64,000 bases of DNA, taken from contig OZ024742.1 in assembly GCA_964016885.1 (NCBI GenBank), positions 120,280,001 to 120,344,000 on the forward strand. The letters run 5' to 3'. The translations under genes were made by a program, and so were the position numbers. The stretch's first letter is position 1; every line of letters starts with the position of its first letter. The DNA comes from Eledone cirrhosa (lineage: Eukaryota). Shown one piece after another: positions 1-14,140 of this stretch. The notes under the pieces are model-generated. The model saw only the letters and a list, made by a program, of their open reading frames with translations. It made no database searches and was not told where the DNA came from.

Positions 1-274
1 ACTGTATTGAAATGTTGGGGTATCTGACCGATTAGGGAGAGATGCCAGTACTACAGTCTCTTGTAGTCTGATTTGAAGCCTTCTTACAATGTAAGAGGGG
101 CAATGATATTACTATTAATACAGTTTGAATTCTAAAAAGGAATTAAAACTCAGAACAAGAAGAGTTAGAACAGATACAGCAAGGCATCTATCTGTCATCA
201 TTCTTCCAACTTACACTTGTGATCTGGTAAATCATATGGTAAAATTGATCTGGGTGTTGTTTCAATTCAATGTG

Positions 275-1020
275 CTTCTTCTTCTTCACCCACTTATTCT
301 TGAGAGGGTCATGGGGCCAGAGTCCTCAAACACTCCTTCCAGCAGGTCCTGTCAGAAGAAACCATCTGCAACTGACCTAGCTGGATCCCCAAATGAGACC
401 AGCCAAGCTCATGGATGTTATCCAACCATCTTGCTTGAGGTCTACCCCTGGGTCTCCTACCAGTTGGTTTTGATTGTAAAATCTGTCCAGTGATTCTTTC
501 CTGAAACATTCTAACCACATGCCTATAGTGTTGGAGGTGTGATCTCTCAATTTGGTGATGTAGTGGCTCTACCTGGAGTAACTCTCTGATCTCTGAGCTA
601 CACTCTCTATTGAGCAACATTACTCCAAAGACCCTTCGGAGGAACCCCATTTTGGCCGCTTGTATTTGTGATCATATTCTTTCGTTCATTACCCAAGAGT
701 CATGACCATAGGTAAGGGTTGGCACAAATACCGAATTGAAGAGAATGAGTTTGGCTTTTACACCTACCACCCTCCTACTGATTACTGAAGTTGCCACATT
801 ACTGCACTAGCTCCTGCAATTCTTGCACTTAATTCAGTCTCATGCCTTCCATCACTCGTGAACAGGGCCCCAAGATACTTGAACTTCCCCACCTGCCTCA
901 ATGGAACCCCATTCACATGTAGAGTGCACTGCACAGGATATCTTGAGAGGACAAGTGTCTCAGTTTTCTGATTTTTATTCCCACTAAGCAGCACTCTGCA
1001 TCAAATCTATCAAGTGCAAG
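275..1020 (-). mobile_element. RTE-clade LINE 3' fragment (family B, (GAA)n tail)
   Basis: ORFs 782..994 and 309..650 give RTE C-terminal motifs (FKYLG, ELSARIA, GRRPRGRP..RWLDNI). The 3' end cttcttcttcacccacttatt recurs at ~14847 and ~51140. Confidence 0.85.
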
Positions 1021-1705
1021 GATAGTAAAGGCTGGGAAACTTTTGATGATAGCTCTGCTCAATCTGAGCTGACTTGGGTTAAACAACAACCCTCATCATT
1101 GCCATTTAAATTCCAAAGGGAAAAGCAACTAATAATAAACAAAAGACACCTTGAATTTGATTACAACTGTAAATATGTTATGTTTGTTACCTTCTTTTCA
1201 ATAATTAGTGAAATAAAGATTTCTAAGACAGCTTCAAATTTGTATTTATGTGTATGGAAGAAAATATTGCATATAAGAGAATCTTTGTAGAAATTCTATA
1301 GCAGTAATTACATTTCTTACTTGTTTAACAATATGTGTATATTTTGAGGTGGGTGGCTATGTTTTAAACTAATTAAATTAGCTTCAGTTTTAATGGGGAT
1401 AATGAAACAGATTGTTTAAAGGGTTTTGCTGCATGTTTTTCCTTGTGAAAATTATTTGTTAGCAAAAACAAAAGATTAGTTTCATCATAGAAAATACAAA
1501 CTACAAACACTTTCTCTGCTGCTATGATGTCACAACACAAAAGTTAATAGTTACATAAGCAGAAATCTGAAATGCATAGCAAAATATGGCAAATTCTATG
1601 TTTACAGTATATGTTTTCATGTTTACATTAATTAGAGGTACAAGATTAAACAAAAGTGTAAGTTTTATGGTTGAGTATCTTGCCTAATACACAAAGGGAA
1701 AAAGT

Positions 1706-1868
1706 ATTGTATACACTTGTGTGTAAGACATGCCATGAAAATAAAATGTGAAAATCAGCATATGTCTTAGCTACTGAACCTACAAAACTTTAATTCAAAA
1801 TATAGAGCATATTCTAAATGTTATGTGAAAAATGAAAGTGCAACTTATACACGGGTATATATATGGTA
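1706..1868. mobile_element. Degenerate Tc2/pogo-type MITE
   Basis: Ends (tattgtatacacttgtgtgtaag ... gtgcaacttatacacgggtatatatatggta) resemble the TIR of the 44136..45614 element; interior resembles 38325..38497. Confidence 0.55.
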
Positions 1869-3796
1869 ATTGATGTTTCAATTATTTGGAGATCTCATTT
1901 ATCGGTCATTTAGTGTTGGACCATTTTACACTGTATGTTTTGTGATTTATTAGAAGAATGATACAAATGATTGAAAATTTGGCAGGAGATGCAACAAATG
2001 GAACAGAACTAGTTAAATATGATTCACTGAAAAGTTTATATCCAATGCTTGTGACAAGTAAAGAAGATGTTAAACCAAATGATGATGATGTCAGCTAGTA
2101 AATAATGAGGAAAAAAGGAATTTTTATTCAACAAATTTCAACTGGATTATATGTTTGTAATCAAAAAAGGAGAAAAAATTAAATAGTGGAAGTAAGAAAA
2201 GTGAGAACAGTAGATTCTTCACCTGTCTAAGCAGCATCCCATAGATGCAATGGCATTGTTGAGAGGGCAGCCAACAACACTTGCTGCATCAACCACTCCA
2301 TCTCATGAGGCTCTTTCCTCTGGTTGGATGCACTCCTGCTAGTTTTGTGGAGGAAAATGGCAGTTTGAGAACTGAAGACGCCAGGAGTCTCAATGACAAC
2401 CAACAAATTAATGTAGAATGCACCAGAATAAAAAACAAACCAGCTAATATGTCCAGGCCCAAGGAGTGCAATGACATGGATAGATCACACCAGCTATGTG
2501 GGGAAAGGTATTGGGACTTGATAAATAATGTGTGAATAAGATAGAAATAGACCAATGAGGACTTGGAATGTTTCAATACAAATGGATAGTTGGAGATAAT
2601 GTAAATTTCATGGACTGTATGATATTTACTTTTCAATATTTTTTCCTGTTGATAATTGCTGTAGACTAAATTGTCTTTTGTCAATAAAGAAGAATCTCTA
2701 TATGATAGAAAGATTAGTGTGAAAGATTTGGGATTTAAATGCCCTGCCATTAAATTTATCTTCTACAGTTCAATATATACTTAAAGAAGAATTAAGAAAT
2801 TAATAAGTTTTAACCATAAAAACTTTAATCCAACCAGTTTTGTGAATGTTATCAGAATTTACAACTAAATTTGTTCTTAATTGTTTTGTGATAATTTGTA
2901 CAAATTCAAAATCTTCCAAATCACATGAATACCATTACACATGCACTACACCCCCCTCCCCACACACAATGTATAGACAAATTAGAAAGAAAACTTTAGG
3001 AAAATTTGAAGTATAATCAAGTGAAATATTTTTCCCGATCTCATAGTAATTCACAAAAGTTAGCAAGATCACACATGATTTAATGAGAAGACTAATTTCT
3101 CTTCTCTCTAATTATACGATTAACATTGAAATAACTATCATTATCAAATACTGCTGTCAATACTACTAGTAATATTAGTGAAACTGATGCTGCACCAACT
3201 CCTCCTCCTTTCTCATTTTACCATTGCCACCAGTAGATCTAGTACTTCTAATTAGGTACCAGGTTCCTATTTTTGAGGTGAGTTGAAATGAATTTATATA
3301 ACATTCATGTCTTTTTGAAGCAGATAATTACAATGATGACATAACAAATGAGCTTCAAGCAGTTGCTTGACCTACTAGAAATAGTAGCTGAGTCTCCATT
3401 GAATCATACCCTTACATTTTAAAAAGGGAAAGGCATTAGCTAATGTAACCATAGATACTCTTAATGACTAAAATAGGAGTATCTACGCCTATGTTATTTA
3501 ATAATGACTGGAATGTCTTTGGTTACAGATTTACTTAATCATCATTGATCTGAGATTAAACAACAACAATACTGATATTTCCCAAGAAATTACATTGGAG
3601 AATGATTGTTATTCCACACTGACAGAATGCTGACACATTTTAATGGGCATAATTGATTATACCAATACCTGTAAATATCAGGTTAATTGCATTATTGATC
3701 AGGTGGAATGAATCACGAGACCAAAATCAGCAGAATCTTGATTCAGAACACTAAGAATGGTAACATATTTAGTTCAGCACCTTACCATTTCTACCA

Positions 3797-4440
3797 CCAT
3801 CATCACCATTTAACGTTGATTTACCATGCTTCCATGGGTTAGACAGGCTGTCACACTATAAGGTTAGACGAATCAGGTGACTGTGTCTTCTTCGTATGTT
3901 CCGTTTTGGGCTTGGTACCTATGGTCGGATGCCCTTCCTAATGCTAACCATTTTACATTTGTCATGACACCAGCACTATCACCTTACAGGGTGGACTGGA
4001 TGTGCTTGTTGTGGCACCAGCATTACTGCCTAACTACATTCACAAAAAACATCTCACTTCCATACAACATCACACTTCTCATACAGGTATCATACAATCT
4101 GCATTTTGTTACGAAGAAGAAACCGTTTGTGACCAACAGATGTAGTATCTTTCAGAACCATTTCCATCTGGTTCTCACTCTAACTACTATATTTCAAAAA
4201 CCCTCTCACCAACTGCTAATTAAATCACCTAAGCAGCAGAAGCGATCAACCACTTCTAAGGAGCCATTAGAGCATTTGATAAAATGCAAACACTTGATAT
4301 TTACTGCTTCTGTGCAGCTGTGACATACATGGGATGTGGAATATCTGACAGGCTAACTATAGTTTACATTTTGTGCATTTTATGGATTGTTTATGATGAC
4401 AGTCAGTTGATGGAACAAGTTACAGGGCATAAACACTACA
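3797..4440 (-). mobile_element. Old RTE family A 3' fragment
   Basis: Reverse of the RTE 3' UTR (ggatgcccttcctaatgctaacca, catgggttagac) plus decayed C-terminal coding sequence similar to 7500-7900. Confidence 0.7.
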
Positions 4441-4484
4441 GTTTGTCCAGATGTGTAAATGTAAATAGACATACACACACATAC

Positions 4485-4516
<32 letters not shown>

Positions 4517-4517
<1 letters not shown>

Positions 4518-7500
4518 CTAACCTTCTAGTATTGTTATTAAATAATTATTCTAGAACCTTCCTGCATCTCGCTCGCAAACTTTGTAACCACTTTGCTCCT
4601 TCTCTCATACCCCTCCACCCCCCTGATCGCAAGTATAAAATAAATCTTGCTGGCTCCCAACGACAGAATTTATCTATCAAACTATCTTACGGGCGATCTG
4701 TCAATTTTGAGAATGTAAGCAAAACCTGGCTTTTCTTTGTTTCCGTAGTCTCCTCAATTAAGCAGTGCTTTAAACTCTTATTTATACCACTCTAAAATTC
4801 AAATTCGCCGTTTTCCTCTCTGATTTTAAATTATTATTTTACGTGATGTTAATATGTTTCAATCTGTTGGACCCTTCCTAAAAACTAAACTTCTCCTAAA
4901 GTCACCCATTTCCCGCCCTCCCACCTTCACACACCACCATTGCTATATGGTCCAATCATAACTCAGCGGCTTTAGTAAGTTCTCTAACAAATCAGTATAG
5001 CAAAGCTACCACCCCGGTTACTACTCCTTAAGTTTAGACCTGTTTGATGGGTTGACTGCGGAAATTTGAAAAGTCTAAGCGCTCAATGACAATGTCACAG
5101 ATAAAGATAAATTCACCTCCCACTGCAGGACGAGAATACAAGGACCTCTCTTTATTTCAGACACAGATGACCAACAAAATCTCGTCTCCCACACCCCTCC
5201 CTGCCCCTCCAACCCATCCATCCGACCCTCCCAACTTCAGAGTTGGTACCATGAACGTAGGCACATTGAAAGGTCGCTCAAATGAGGTTGTAGAGATGCT
5301 TGAACGTAAAGAAGTTGATGTTTGTTGTATTCAAGAGACTAGGTGGAGAGGGGGTTCGCCAGATTCATCGTGGGTAAAAAACGATGCTATAAACTTTTCT
5401 GGGTGGGAAATGACAACGGACAGGGTGTTGTAGGAATTATGTTAGCTGAAAAATGGGTAGATAAGGTAATTGACGTAAATAGAGTGAATGACAGAATAAT
5501 TGAATTAAGGCTAGTTCTAAATAGAACTACTGTGACAATAATATATGCTTATGCCCCCCAATCTGGTCTACCTGATGTTATAAAGGACAGGTTCTATGAG
5601 ATGCTAATGCACACTACCTCCCAAATAACCGACAGTGACTACTTAATTATTGCTGGCGATCTAAACGGTCACATTGGACAACATAGTGATGGCTATGATG
5701 GAATCCATGGAGGCTATGGGGTTGGAAATAGAAATGAGGAGGGCTTCAGAATCCTGGAACTCTGTGACGCAAATAGCCTAACTATCTGTAACACAAACTT
5801 CACAAAACGTGAAAACCACTTGATCACCTATAAATCAGGGGAACACGCCAGCCAGATAGATTATATCCTTACTAAAAGACGGGACAAAATGTCTGTTGTA
5901 AACACTAAATCCCTCCCCCATGAAGAATGCACCTCCCAACATAGCCTAGTAGTTAGTGACCTCATAGTCAGGAATAGACGTACTTGAGAACAGAGGAGGC
6001 CTACCTTGAGGAGAAGAATATGGAAGTTGAAGGACCCCATAGCCAGTGACAAATTTAAAAGCTTATTACTTGATGCCTTTGACAATAAGGAAGAGCAATT
6101 AGAGACGTGCAATAAAGAGGAACAGTGCCAACTCTTGAAAGTGAACCTGCTGAAAGCAACAGATGAAATCTGTGGCTGGAACAGACCTATTGGCAGGAGG
6201 AGAGTAACTTGGTGGTGGAACAGTAAGGTGGAAGAGACAATCAAGGCCAAAAAGCAGGCTTGGAAAGTATGGCAGGATGGGGGAAGTAGAGAGCACTATC
6301 AAGTGGCCAGGAGAGAAGCTAGGAGACAAGTGTACCTTGCAAAAAGGGTAGCAGAGGATAGAAAGTTCAAGCATGTTCTACAACGTGAGGACCAAAAACG
6401 TGAGGTGTTCAGGATTGCTAGACAATGTGTTAAGGAAAACCGTGATATTGTCGGGGAGAAGTGTATATGTAATGATAATGGTGTACTTGCGCTCACTGAT
6501 ACTGATAAGAAGATAGCCTGGAAGTGTCACTACGAGAGACTATTAAATGAGGAGAATAAATGGGAAAAAGATAGTCTACCCCAAATCGATCCAATAGGAG
6601 GACCAGCGGTGCAAGTTAAAGGTAGTATAATAAGTAAGGCAATCAAAGATATGAAGACAGGCAAGGCAGCTGGGCCTTCGGAGATAGTTGCTGAGATGTT
6701 GAAGGCATCTGGTATGGTGGGACACACTATGGTCACCCGTATAGTTAACCAAGTAATACAGAATGGGGTCATACCAAAAGACTGGCGTAGCAGCAGCATC
6801 ATTAACTGCTACAAGGGTAAAGGGGATGCTCTAGAGGCATTAAGTTAGTTGACCAGGTCATGAAGGTCACAGAAAGAGTTATAGCGCAACTAATCAGAGA
6901 GCGAATTGATCTAGATGAAATGCAGTTTGGATTTGTGTCAGGTAAAAGTACCACAGATGCTCTTTTCCTTGTACAACAACTACAAGAGAAGTACCTAGCT
7001 AAAAGAAAACCCCTCTATTTAGCTTTTGTAGACCTGGCGAAAGCTTTTGACAGAGTCCCCTGCTCCATTATCTGGTGGGCTCTTAGAAGACTAGGTGTAG
7101 ATGAATGGCTTCTGAGAGCTATACAAGCTATGTATAATGAAACAGTCAGTAAGGTTAGAATTAAGAATGAATATTGTGAAGAATTTAGTGTAAAAGTTGG
7201 CCTTCATCAAGGCTCTGTCCTTAGCCCCCTCTTATTTATTATTGCCCTTCAGACTATAACAGAGGATTTCAAGACCGGCTACCCATGGGAACTCCTATAC
7301 GCAGATGATCTAACACTCATAGCTGAATCAATGGCTGAACTAGAGAAGAAATTCGAAACATGGAAGCATGGCCTAGAATCAAAAGGCCTTAAAGTTAACT
7401 TGTCCAAGACTAAAGTTCTAGTTTGTAGAAAGGAAAATAGGGCACAGGTGCCCTCAGGGAAATGGCCATGCTCAGTGTGTAGGAAAGGAATAGGCAGAAA

Positions 7501-8613
7501 TTCCATTTTATGTCCCAAATGCAAAGTATGGGTACATAAAAGATGTAGTGGGATCACAGGTAAACTATCTAAGAACGTAGACTTTATATGTGGCCAATGC
7601 TCAGGTGCAATAAGTAGCAAGTGTCCAAAGGATACTAGCTCCTTATGTTGCCCAGATGGTTCTATAGAAATAGTAGACACTTTCCGTTAGCTGGGTGACG
7701 AAATCAGCAGTGGTGGAGGGTGTTCTGAAAGTACAGTAGCCAGAGTCAGAACGGGATGGAAAAAGTTCAGAGAGCTTATACCGCTGTTGGGCCACAAAAG
7801 GTTTCTCTCTAAAAATAAAAGGCAGATTGTATGATGCCTGTATACGAACAGCAATGTTACATGGCAGTGAGACTTGGGCATTGTGTGCAGAGGATCTACG
7901 TAGACTGGAAAGGAACGAAGCATGCATGCTCCATTGGATGTGTAATAGTAATATACGTGAACGGCAAAGCATAAATGAACTAAGTGAGAAATTAGGAATA
8001 AGAGGGATCAGATGCTGTTTACTTGAGAGAAGACTACGTCGGTATGGTCACGCGATGCGCATGAAAGACGACAGCTGCATAAAAAGTGCCGGGCGATCAA
8101 AATTGATGGTAGTTACGGAGTAGGTAGACCCAGAAAAACCTGGGATGATCTGATAAATCCCGACCTCACACACTTACATCTCTCTGGATCGAGATCTTTG
8201 GCGCTACGCAGTAATACAGAAGACCCGCCTTGCCTATGTACAAAGCGAAACCCAGTCAGTAGGCACCTCTTAACCAAATATACACCCCAATCCACTACCC
8301 CTACCCTATCCTCCCACTCCCACCAACAGCACAAGAAAATGAGATCGAGATCGTGTAGGTGTCACGACAAAAAAACACACACAGTCCACGCTGTAATGTG
8401 GCCTGGTAGGTAACACGGTAAAAAGTTCCCAGTTCCACACTGTAAATGTGGTTGGTGTTAGGAAGGGCATCCAGCCATAGAAAACCTGCCAGATAGTCCT
8501 ATACAAGTGAGACACGGTCACCCGACCAGCCTTGCCTCAAGTGGGACAACTCCCGTCTAACCCATGCTAACGTGGAAAATGGACGTTAAACGAAGATGAT
8601 GATGATGATGATG
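4517..8613 (+). mobile_element. Near-full-length RTE-clade LINE (family A)
   Basis: About 570-bp 5' UTR after a (TA)n tract, one broken ORF, 3' UTR with ggttggtgttaggaagggcatccagc and a (GAT)n tail at ~8594-8613. No clear TSD; both ends lie in microsatellites. Confidence 0.95.
5086..8200 (+). pseudogene. RTE ORF (APE endonuclease + reverse transcriptase + PHD-like Cys module), disrupted
   Basis: APE motifs GTMNVGTL, CCIQETRW, YAPQ, GDLNGH, QIDYIL; RT motifs QFGF, FVDLAKAFD, GLHQGSVLSPLLF, YADD. Broken by frameshifts/stops (~5350, 5985, 7688, ~7790, ~8085) and a small deletion at ~6835. Confidence 0.95.
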
Positions 8614-8614
8614 A

Positions 8615-8672
8615 TACGTATGTGTGTGTGTGTATGTATGTGTATATAGAGAGAGATAGGGAGAGAGATGTG

Positions 8673-8758
<86 letters not shown>
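8615..8758. repeat. Compound microsatellite ending in long (CA)n
   Basis: TG/GA/TA tracts followed by about 37 CA units. Confidence 0.95.
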
Positions 8759-8761
<3 letters not shown>

Positions 8762-8879
8762 TATTTGTAAATGGGGATATTCACTTAGTTTTAACTTGAT
8801 TAGATAAATGAAAGCTCAATGTGTTGTTACCATTAGTAATCATGCAATAATAAATCTGCTTCTCCATCAGCTTAATAAT

Positions 8880-9163
8880 AGTTTCTAACACAGATACAAG
8901 GCCAAAGATTTTAAGAGAGAGAGACACACAGAGTCGATTAAATAGACCCAGATACTTAACTGGTACTTTATCAATGCTAGAAGGGGTGAATTTGGGCACT
9001 GCTGAATGTAAAACCTCAGATCAAATAAAGCAAGGAACTTTGATAATTTTCTCTTTCATTACTATATTTCTCATGAAAGAAACTATTATCAATGATTTAA
9101 TGAAGAGCCAGTAGTGGTTTCAACTGGTTTGGTATCAAAGGAATTGAATAATCTCTAACATAG

Positions 9164-9212
<49 letters not shown>

Positions 9213-9850
9213 AACCTGTAACTCTTGATGGAGTCACAGAGGTGCTGTATTGACATAGGTAGAGAGAGAGAGAGAGAGAGAATGGGAATGGGGGGGGGGG
9301 CAAAGATAGAATCAACTGCAGTATTGGGCTAGTACATTCTTTTATCAACCTGGAATGGGTGAAAAGTCAGTAGTTTTAATGTCAGTGCAGAGAGAGCCAG
9401 AACGAGGACCACAAAGCATTCTATCCAAAGTTCTACCAATTCACCACCTTTTCTAACACAGGTCAAGGCCACGAATTTGGAGAAGAGGTTAATTGAATAA
9501 ATCAATTCTAGTACTTGACTAGTACTTCATTTTGATGAAAGGTACATTAAACTTAGTGGTAGTTGAACTCAGGGTGATTTAACTAAACGCCACAAAACAC
9601 TCAGTTTTACCACTATAACCCCCATTATAATAATCATTTCTAATTTGGGCATGAAAACAGGCAATTTGGGGAGAGGGAATTGATTAAATGGACTCCAATA
9701 CTTCACTGGTACTTCATTTTATTGACCCCTGAAAGATAAAAGTGAGTTCAAATATTGACAGTGGCAATATTTGAACTCAGAACATAAAGAGCCAGAACAA
9801 ATACTGCAAAGCATTTTGTCCAGGCTCTCTAATGAGTCTGCCAATCCATC
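8880..9850 (-). mobile_element. Cluster of degenerate tRNA-derived SINEs (Nin/Deu-core type)
   Basis: Repeated motifs tttctaac..caaggcc, actggtactt..attgacccc..gaaag and atttgaactcag, homologous to the intact copy at 34117..34302. Confidence 0.65.
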
Positions 9851-11143
9851 AACAATGATCATATTTTCATTTCTAGACAGATGGTTAATTTTGCTAGAGG
9901 AAAGATATAGTTTTTCTCAATCAATTCCAGATTACTGCTGCTAATTATTTTATTGATCCACCACCACCCACAGTGACTTGACCTCACAACCATGACAAAC
10001 AGAACACAGAACACACTACTGAAATGAATCTAGTCTTGCTTCCTGCCAACTCCAAACAAAAGCTATTACTAGCAAAAGAAGAAATTAACAGGAAAAGATA
10101 TTAACAAATAAAATTTGAAAAAAAAGAAAAGAAAAATAGAAAGAAGAAAAACAAAGCAAATTAGAAAAAAATGAAAACTCTAGTAATATGAACTTGATCT
10201 AAAGAAATATATTTGTGGAATTGATGAAATATTAATAATGTAGTTATAGTTAAGACAGTTGTTTTATTTGACATAAAATAATATAAAAACATGTTTTTAA
10301 TTAATATTTTTTAGTAAGAAATCTACAAAGATGTATGCTATTAATATGATGATGATGATGATGATGATGTTGTTGTTGTTGTTGATGATGATGATAATAA
10401 TGGTTAAACTTAATAACAAAGATATTTATGTAAAACAGAAAAAGAACTAAAAAGAAATCCATTAAAGAGCATTTGTTTGCATAAAAAATGTAGGTAAAAT
10501 ATATATGGTTATTAAAACCCAACCTTTATCACTTAAAGGTAAATCATCTTAAAAGATTTCTCAATGAAATCAACAAAATAATTCAAATGGTCTACTATTG
10601 ATTATTGATGAATGATCTTCAAACATGACCAAGAATTAACATTAATTATCACCTTACAGTTACTTTATTTCTTTGTCTTTGTTTTTTATCTAAGTTATCT
10701 TTTTATGCTATATCTAGAAGTGTGTGTCTATATAAATATATAATATCAATACACCTGTATGTGAGAGAGACTGTGTAAATTACTGATGTGTTAACAGTTT
10801 TTTGTTATAATGTTATGAACTACAGACTAGAAATGCAGATATTAACTAATGTTATGTACCTTACAGATGTAAACACCTCATCTTCATATTCAATTTCTTC
10901 ATGGAAGGAGATCAACTAGGCTTGTTTCAATCCTTTGTTGGGATTTCACCAGTGACTGAGTAGCCTCTCAAACTTTAAAAAGGGTAAATCAGTCTTTCGA
11001 TAAACAGAAACCAATAAAATAGCACCAGATTGAAGTAAGTACTGAGGAAGATATGTTCAAATAAAAACCCTTTAATCGTGATACCCCAGCATGGTTACAG
11101 TTGAATGACTGAAACAAATAACAGTGTAAGGAAACACTTTTAA

Positions 11144-11363
11144 CCCTTTAATGTTCAAACCGGCCAAAACCGGCCAGAATTCTCTACCTTTTTCTGTTGA
11201 AACTGGCTGTAACTGGTCACTCAAACTGATGTTAAGGTATTGTTCTCAAAATAAATACTTTCAACATCTCATAGATTCAATACTATGTGAGATAATTATG
11301 CGAGGTAAAGCCTTTACCATGAAAATATAATAGTAAATATAGAGTAATGTGAATGCTAAAGGG
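11144..11363 (+). mobile_element. piggyBac-derived MITE
   Basis: TTAA|ccctttaatgttcaaacc ... gaatgctaaaggg|TTAT. Ends match the 46852..49440 piggyBac; an inverted sister copy lies at 61637..61845. Confidence 0.85.
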
Positions 11364-13699
11364 TTATATATTCCTTATAAATTATGTATAGATGTAACTG
11401 GCTATGATACTACATTAGCAAGACATTCTTGAAGACTACAAAAACAACAATCTGTCCACCAGTAAAGATACTTCAAACAATTGAATTAACAAACACTTTT
11501 TTAGATATTTTCTACTAAATCATTACAGGATGTTAAGAGTTAATAAACACATATGCAAACATACACATATTCACTAAAAGAAACTATGAAACCAGGGACT
11601 AGTTATTGTCTTGTTTTTAACAATAAAAAAAATAATTACTTGATTGTATCAGAGGAAAGGTAGGGCAACAAAGATTATTATGTTATTATCGATAACTTCA
11701 AATATAGATTCAGACATATAGTTGATCTAATTACTAGAAATGTTACGCTTCAAAAACATTAGAAAGAGATTTTACACATAGAAAAACATAATAGATTATC
11801 ATCCTCATATCTGCTACACATAAATATAAGTAAAATTTATTTCCATTAATTTATATATTAATTACATGATAAGCAAAATAAGTACCACTTTGATAGGAGA
11901 ATTTCCCAGAATAGAAGATAGGTATAAAATACAAATGGCAAATAGATTTTTTATAAATAATATGAAATATCAATTTAGCAACGAAAAAGAAAATCATTTC
12001 ATCAAATACTTTAGAAATGTTCCATAACACACAACAAAAAATCAAAGTTTTAGCAAATGAGAAATCAATAATATAAAACAATTAAAAGAGCTAACAAGAG
12101 AGTCATTATGTGGTCGATTGAATTGCTAGAAATAGCAGCCAATTTGACTGCTATTTCTAGCAATTGCCCACAAATAACAGCCTACAATCAATGTAATCCT
12201 TAATATACAAAAAAGAGATTATCAAAGTTAGAATACCTTTGGTCATAGATCTGCTGGATCAGGGTTGAACTGGGGCTAAGCATATATCTAAAATCATATA
12301 TATGCTAAAAATATACAGATAATAGGCATGCATGCACATGTAAGCAGACACATGCATGCACAGAGAGAGAGAGGGGGGGTGGGGGGCTTTATAAAGAGCC
12401 GTAATGTCATAATTGACATTTACTCATCACCTGATAACATATACAACACAATAAACTTCATCACTTCCCCCATGAGACTTCAATTTTCTACCAACAATCA
12501 ATATGTAGCTACCACTGTCCCATCTTCCTTCACATCATATCACTCTGTTTCCTCTTTCATACCCATATTAATACTCTCAGTTTCTCTCCCATGGGACTCT
12601 TAGCTATCATCTATAACTCTCACCATCACACTTCTTGGATGCTACCAGCATGACACACCCCTACTGCTCAACTCCGTTCCTGATAAGAACAAACATGTAG
12701 CTTCCATTATCACATTCCTTCCTATTAATTATCCCCATTCTCACTCATATCCATACTCTCTCATTTAACCTCTTCCTTCTCCATTCACTCCCCTTCAAAT
12801 TACACTCTCAGGCATTTTTGATTAGCAAAAAACGAGATACTGTGGAATGCAAATGACTCTTTTGCCATGCAGGAGCAAGGCAACCTACATACAGTTAGCA
12901 CCACACCTTACACCCAATACACAAGTGGCTGATTATTGAATGGAGACAACATAGAGAGGATCCTTTAGCTTTATTAAGGACATAACAGCTCCTCTAGTGG
13001 CATTGCCACAATAAAATGGTTGGAGTTAGGAAAAGCATCTGGCCATAGAAACCATGCCAAAAACTGAAACATACAAGTGAGATGTAGCTACCAACTCATC
13101 TAAGAAGCCAATAGCTTCAAATAAGTTAAGAACTGACTCAAACTGTAACACCCTGTCCAACACATGTCAGCATAGGAAGTGGAGAGAAAATGATGATAAA
13201 AAGTATATGACATACAGATAGAGCCACAATTCTTTTTAGATTGTACAGTGAACAAAAATAAACACTTTTAACATTTTCATCTAGAAATATCATATATATT
13301 ATAACACGTTCATACACAACACATTTTCTTTTTTTTTTTTTCAAACTTAGTCGAGGTGGTGCAATAGCCATGACCTTTAAATTGCTTCAGTGACTAATAG
13401 TGGTAGTGGGTCACAACTAATGGGTTGCTGCAGTAGAAAGCAGCATATCAAGGGAGTTACCTTCAGACTGGGAACCTGGTTTAAATATCTGCAGCAGAGT
13501 GGGCTTTGTTACTAAAAGCATCCAAGGGTCAGTTGGTTGTTGTTTGGTTAAACAGGGAAAGAGATCAGGTAAAAAACAGAAGAACGTGTACAGTCTAGTG
13601 TACTTGCAAACAGTTTCCGTCAACTCAATTTTATTTATAAAGCCTGGAGGGTTAAAATACTACTAATAGCACAAAAAATAAATACAATAATGACAACAA

Positions 13700-14140
13700 C
13701 AACAATAACCAGCTCTTTTTGTCAGCGTTCTGTGATGTGAGGATGGAACATATGAAGTGTTCTGGGTTGCAAAGAAGTGTATGAGAATGAATCAGAACAT
13801 TGTTGGTGAAAAGTGCAAATATAATGGTTGCAGTGCACTCACCCACACTGGTTTCAAAAAGGTAGCATGGAAATGCAACTAGAAGAGGTTGCTGAATGAC
13901 AAGAATGCATGGGGAAAAGATGAACTAGACCATGTAAACCTAACAGAGGGACCAACTATTGAAGTTAACAGTGATAAGGTTGAAACTACAATGAAGAATA
14001 TGCAAGTAGGGTAAGCAGTTGGATCATGAGGGATAGTCACTCAGATGCTGAAAATATCCAGAGCAGTGGAGCACATATTAGACACTCACATAGAGAGAAA
14101 TGTCAAACCCATTGACTGGTGCAGGAAAAACTGCTACAAG
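13700..14140 (+). mobile_element. Decayed RTE internal fragment (pre-RT region)
   Basis: Translates to AWKCN*KRLLND..WGKD..EGPTIEV..MKNM, similar to 6500-6810. Confidence 0.65.

Noticed and set aside
2281-2750. Overlapping 84-aa (+) and 153-aa (-) ORFs
   Set aside because: No recognisable domain or consistent splice signals; probably chance or very old repeat.
7796-7975. APOBEC-type G>A mutation of the 4.5-8.6-kb copy as the explanation for the A/G skew
   Set aside because: This copy retains conserved residues (YADD, GSETW) and agrees with the third copy at 32203, so the 63-kb copy is the derived one.
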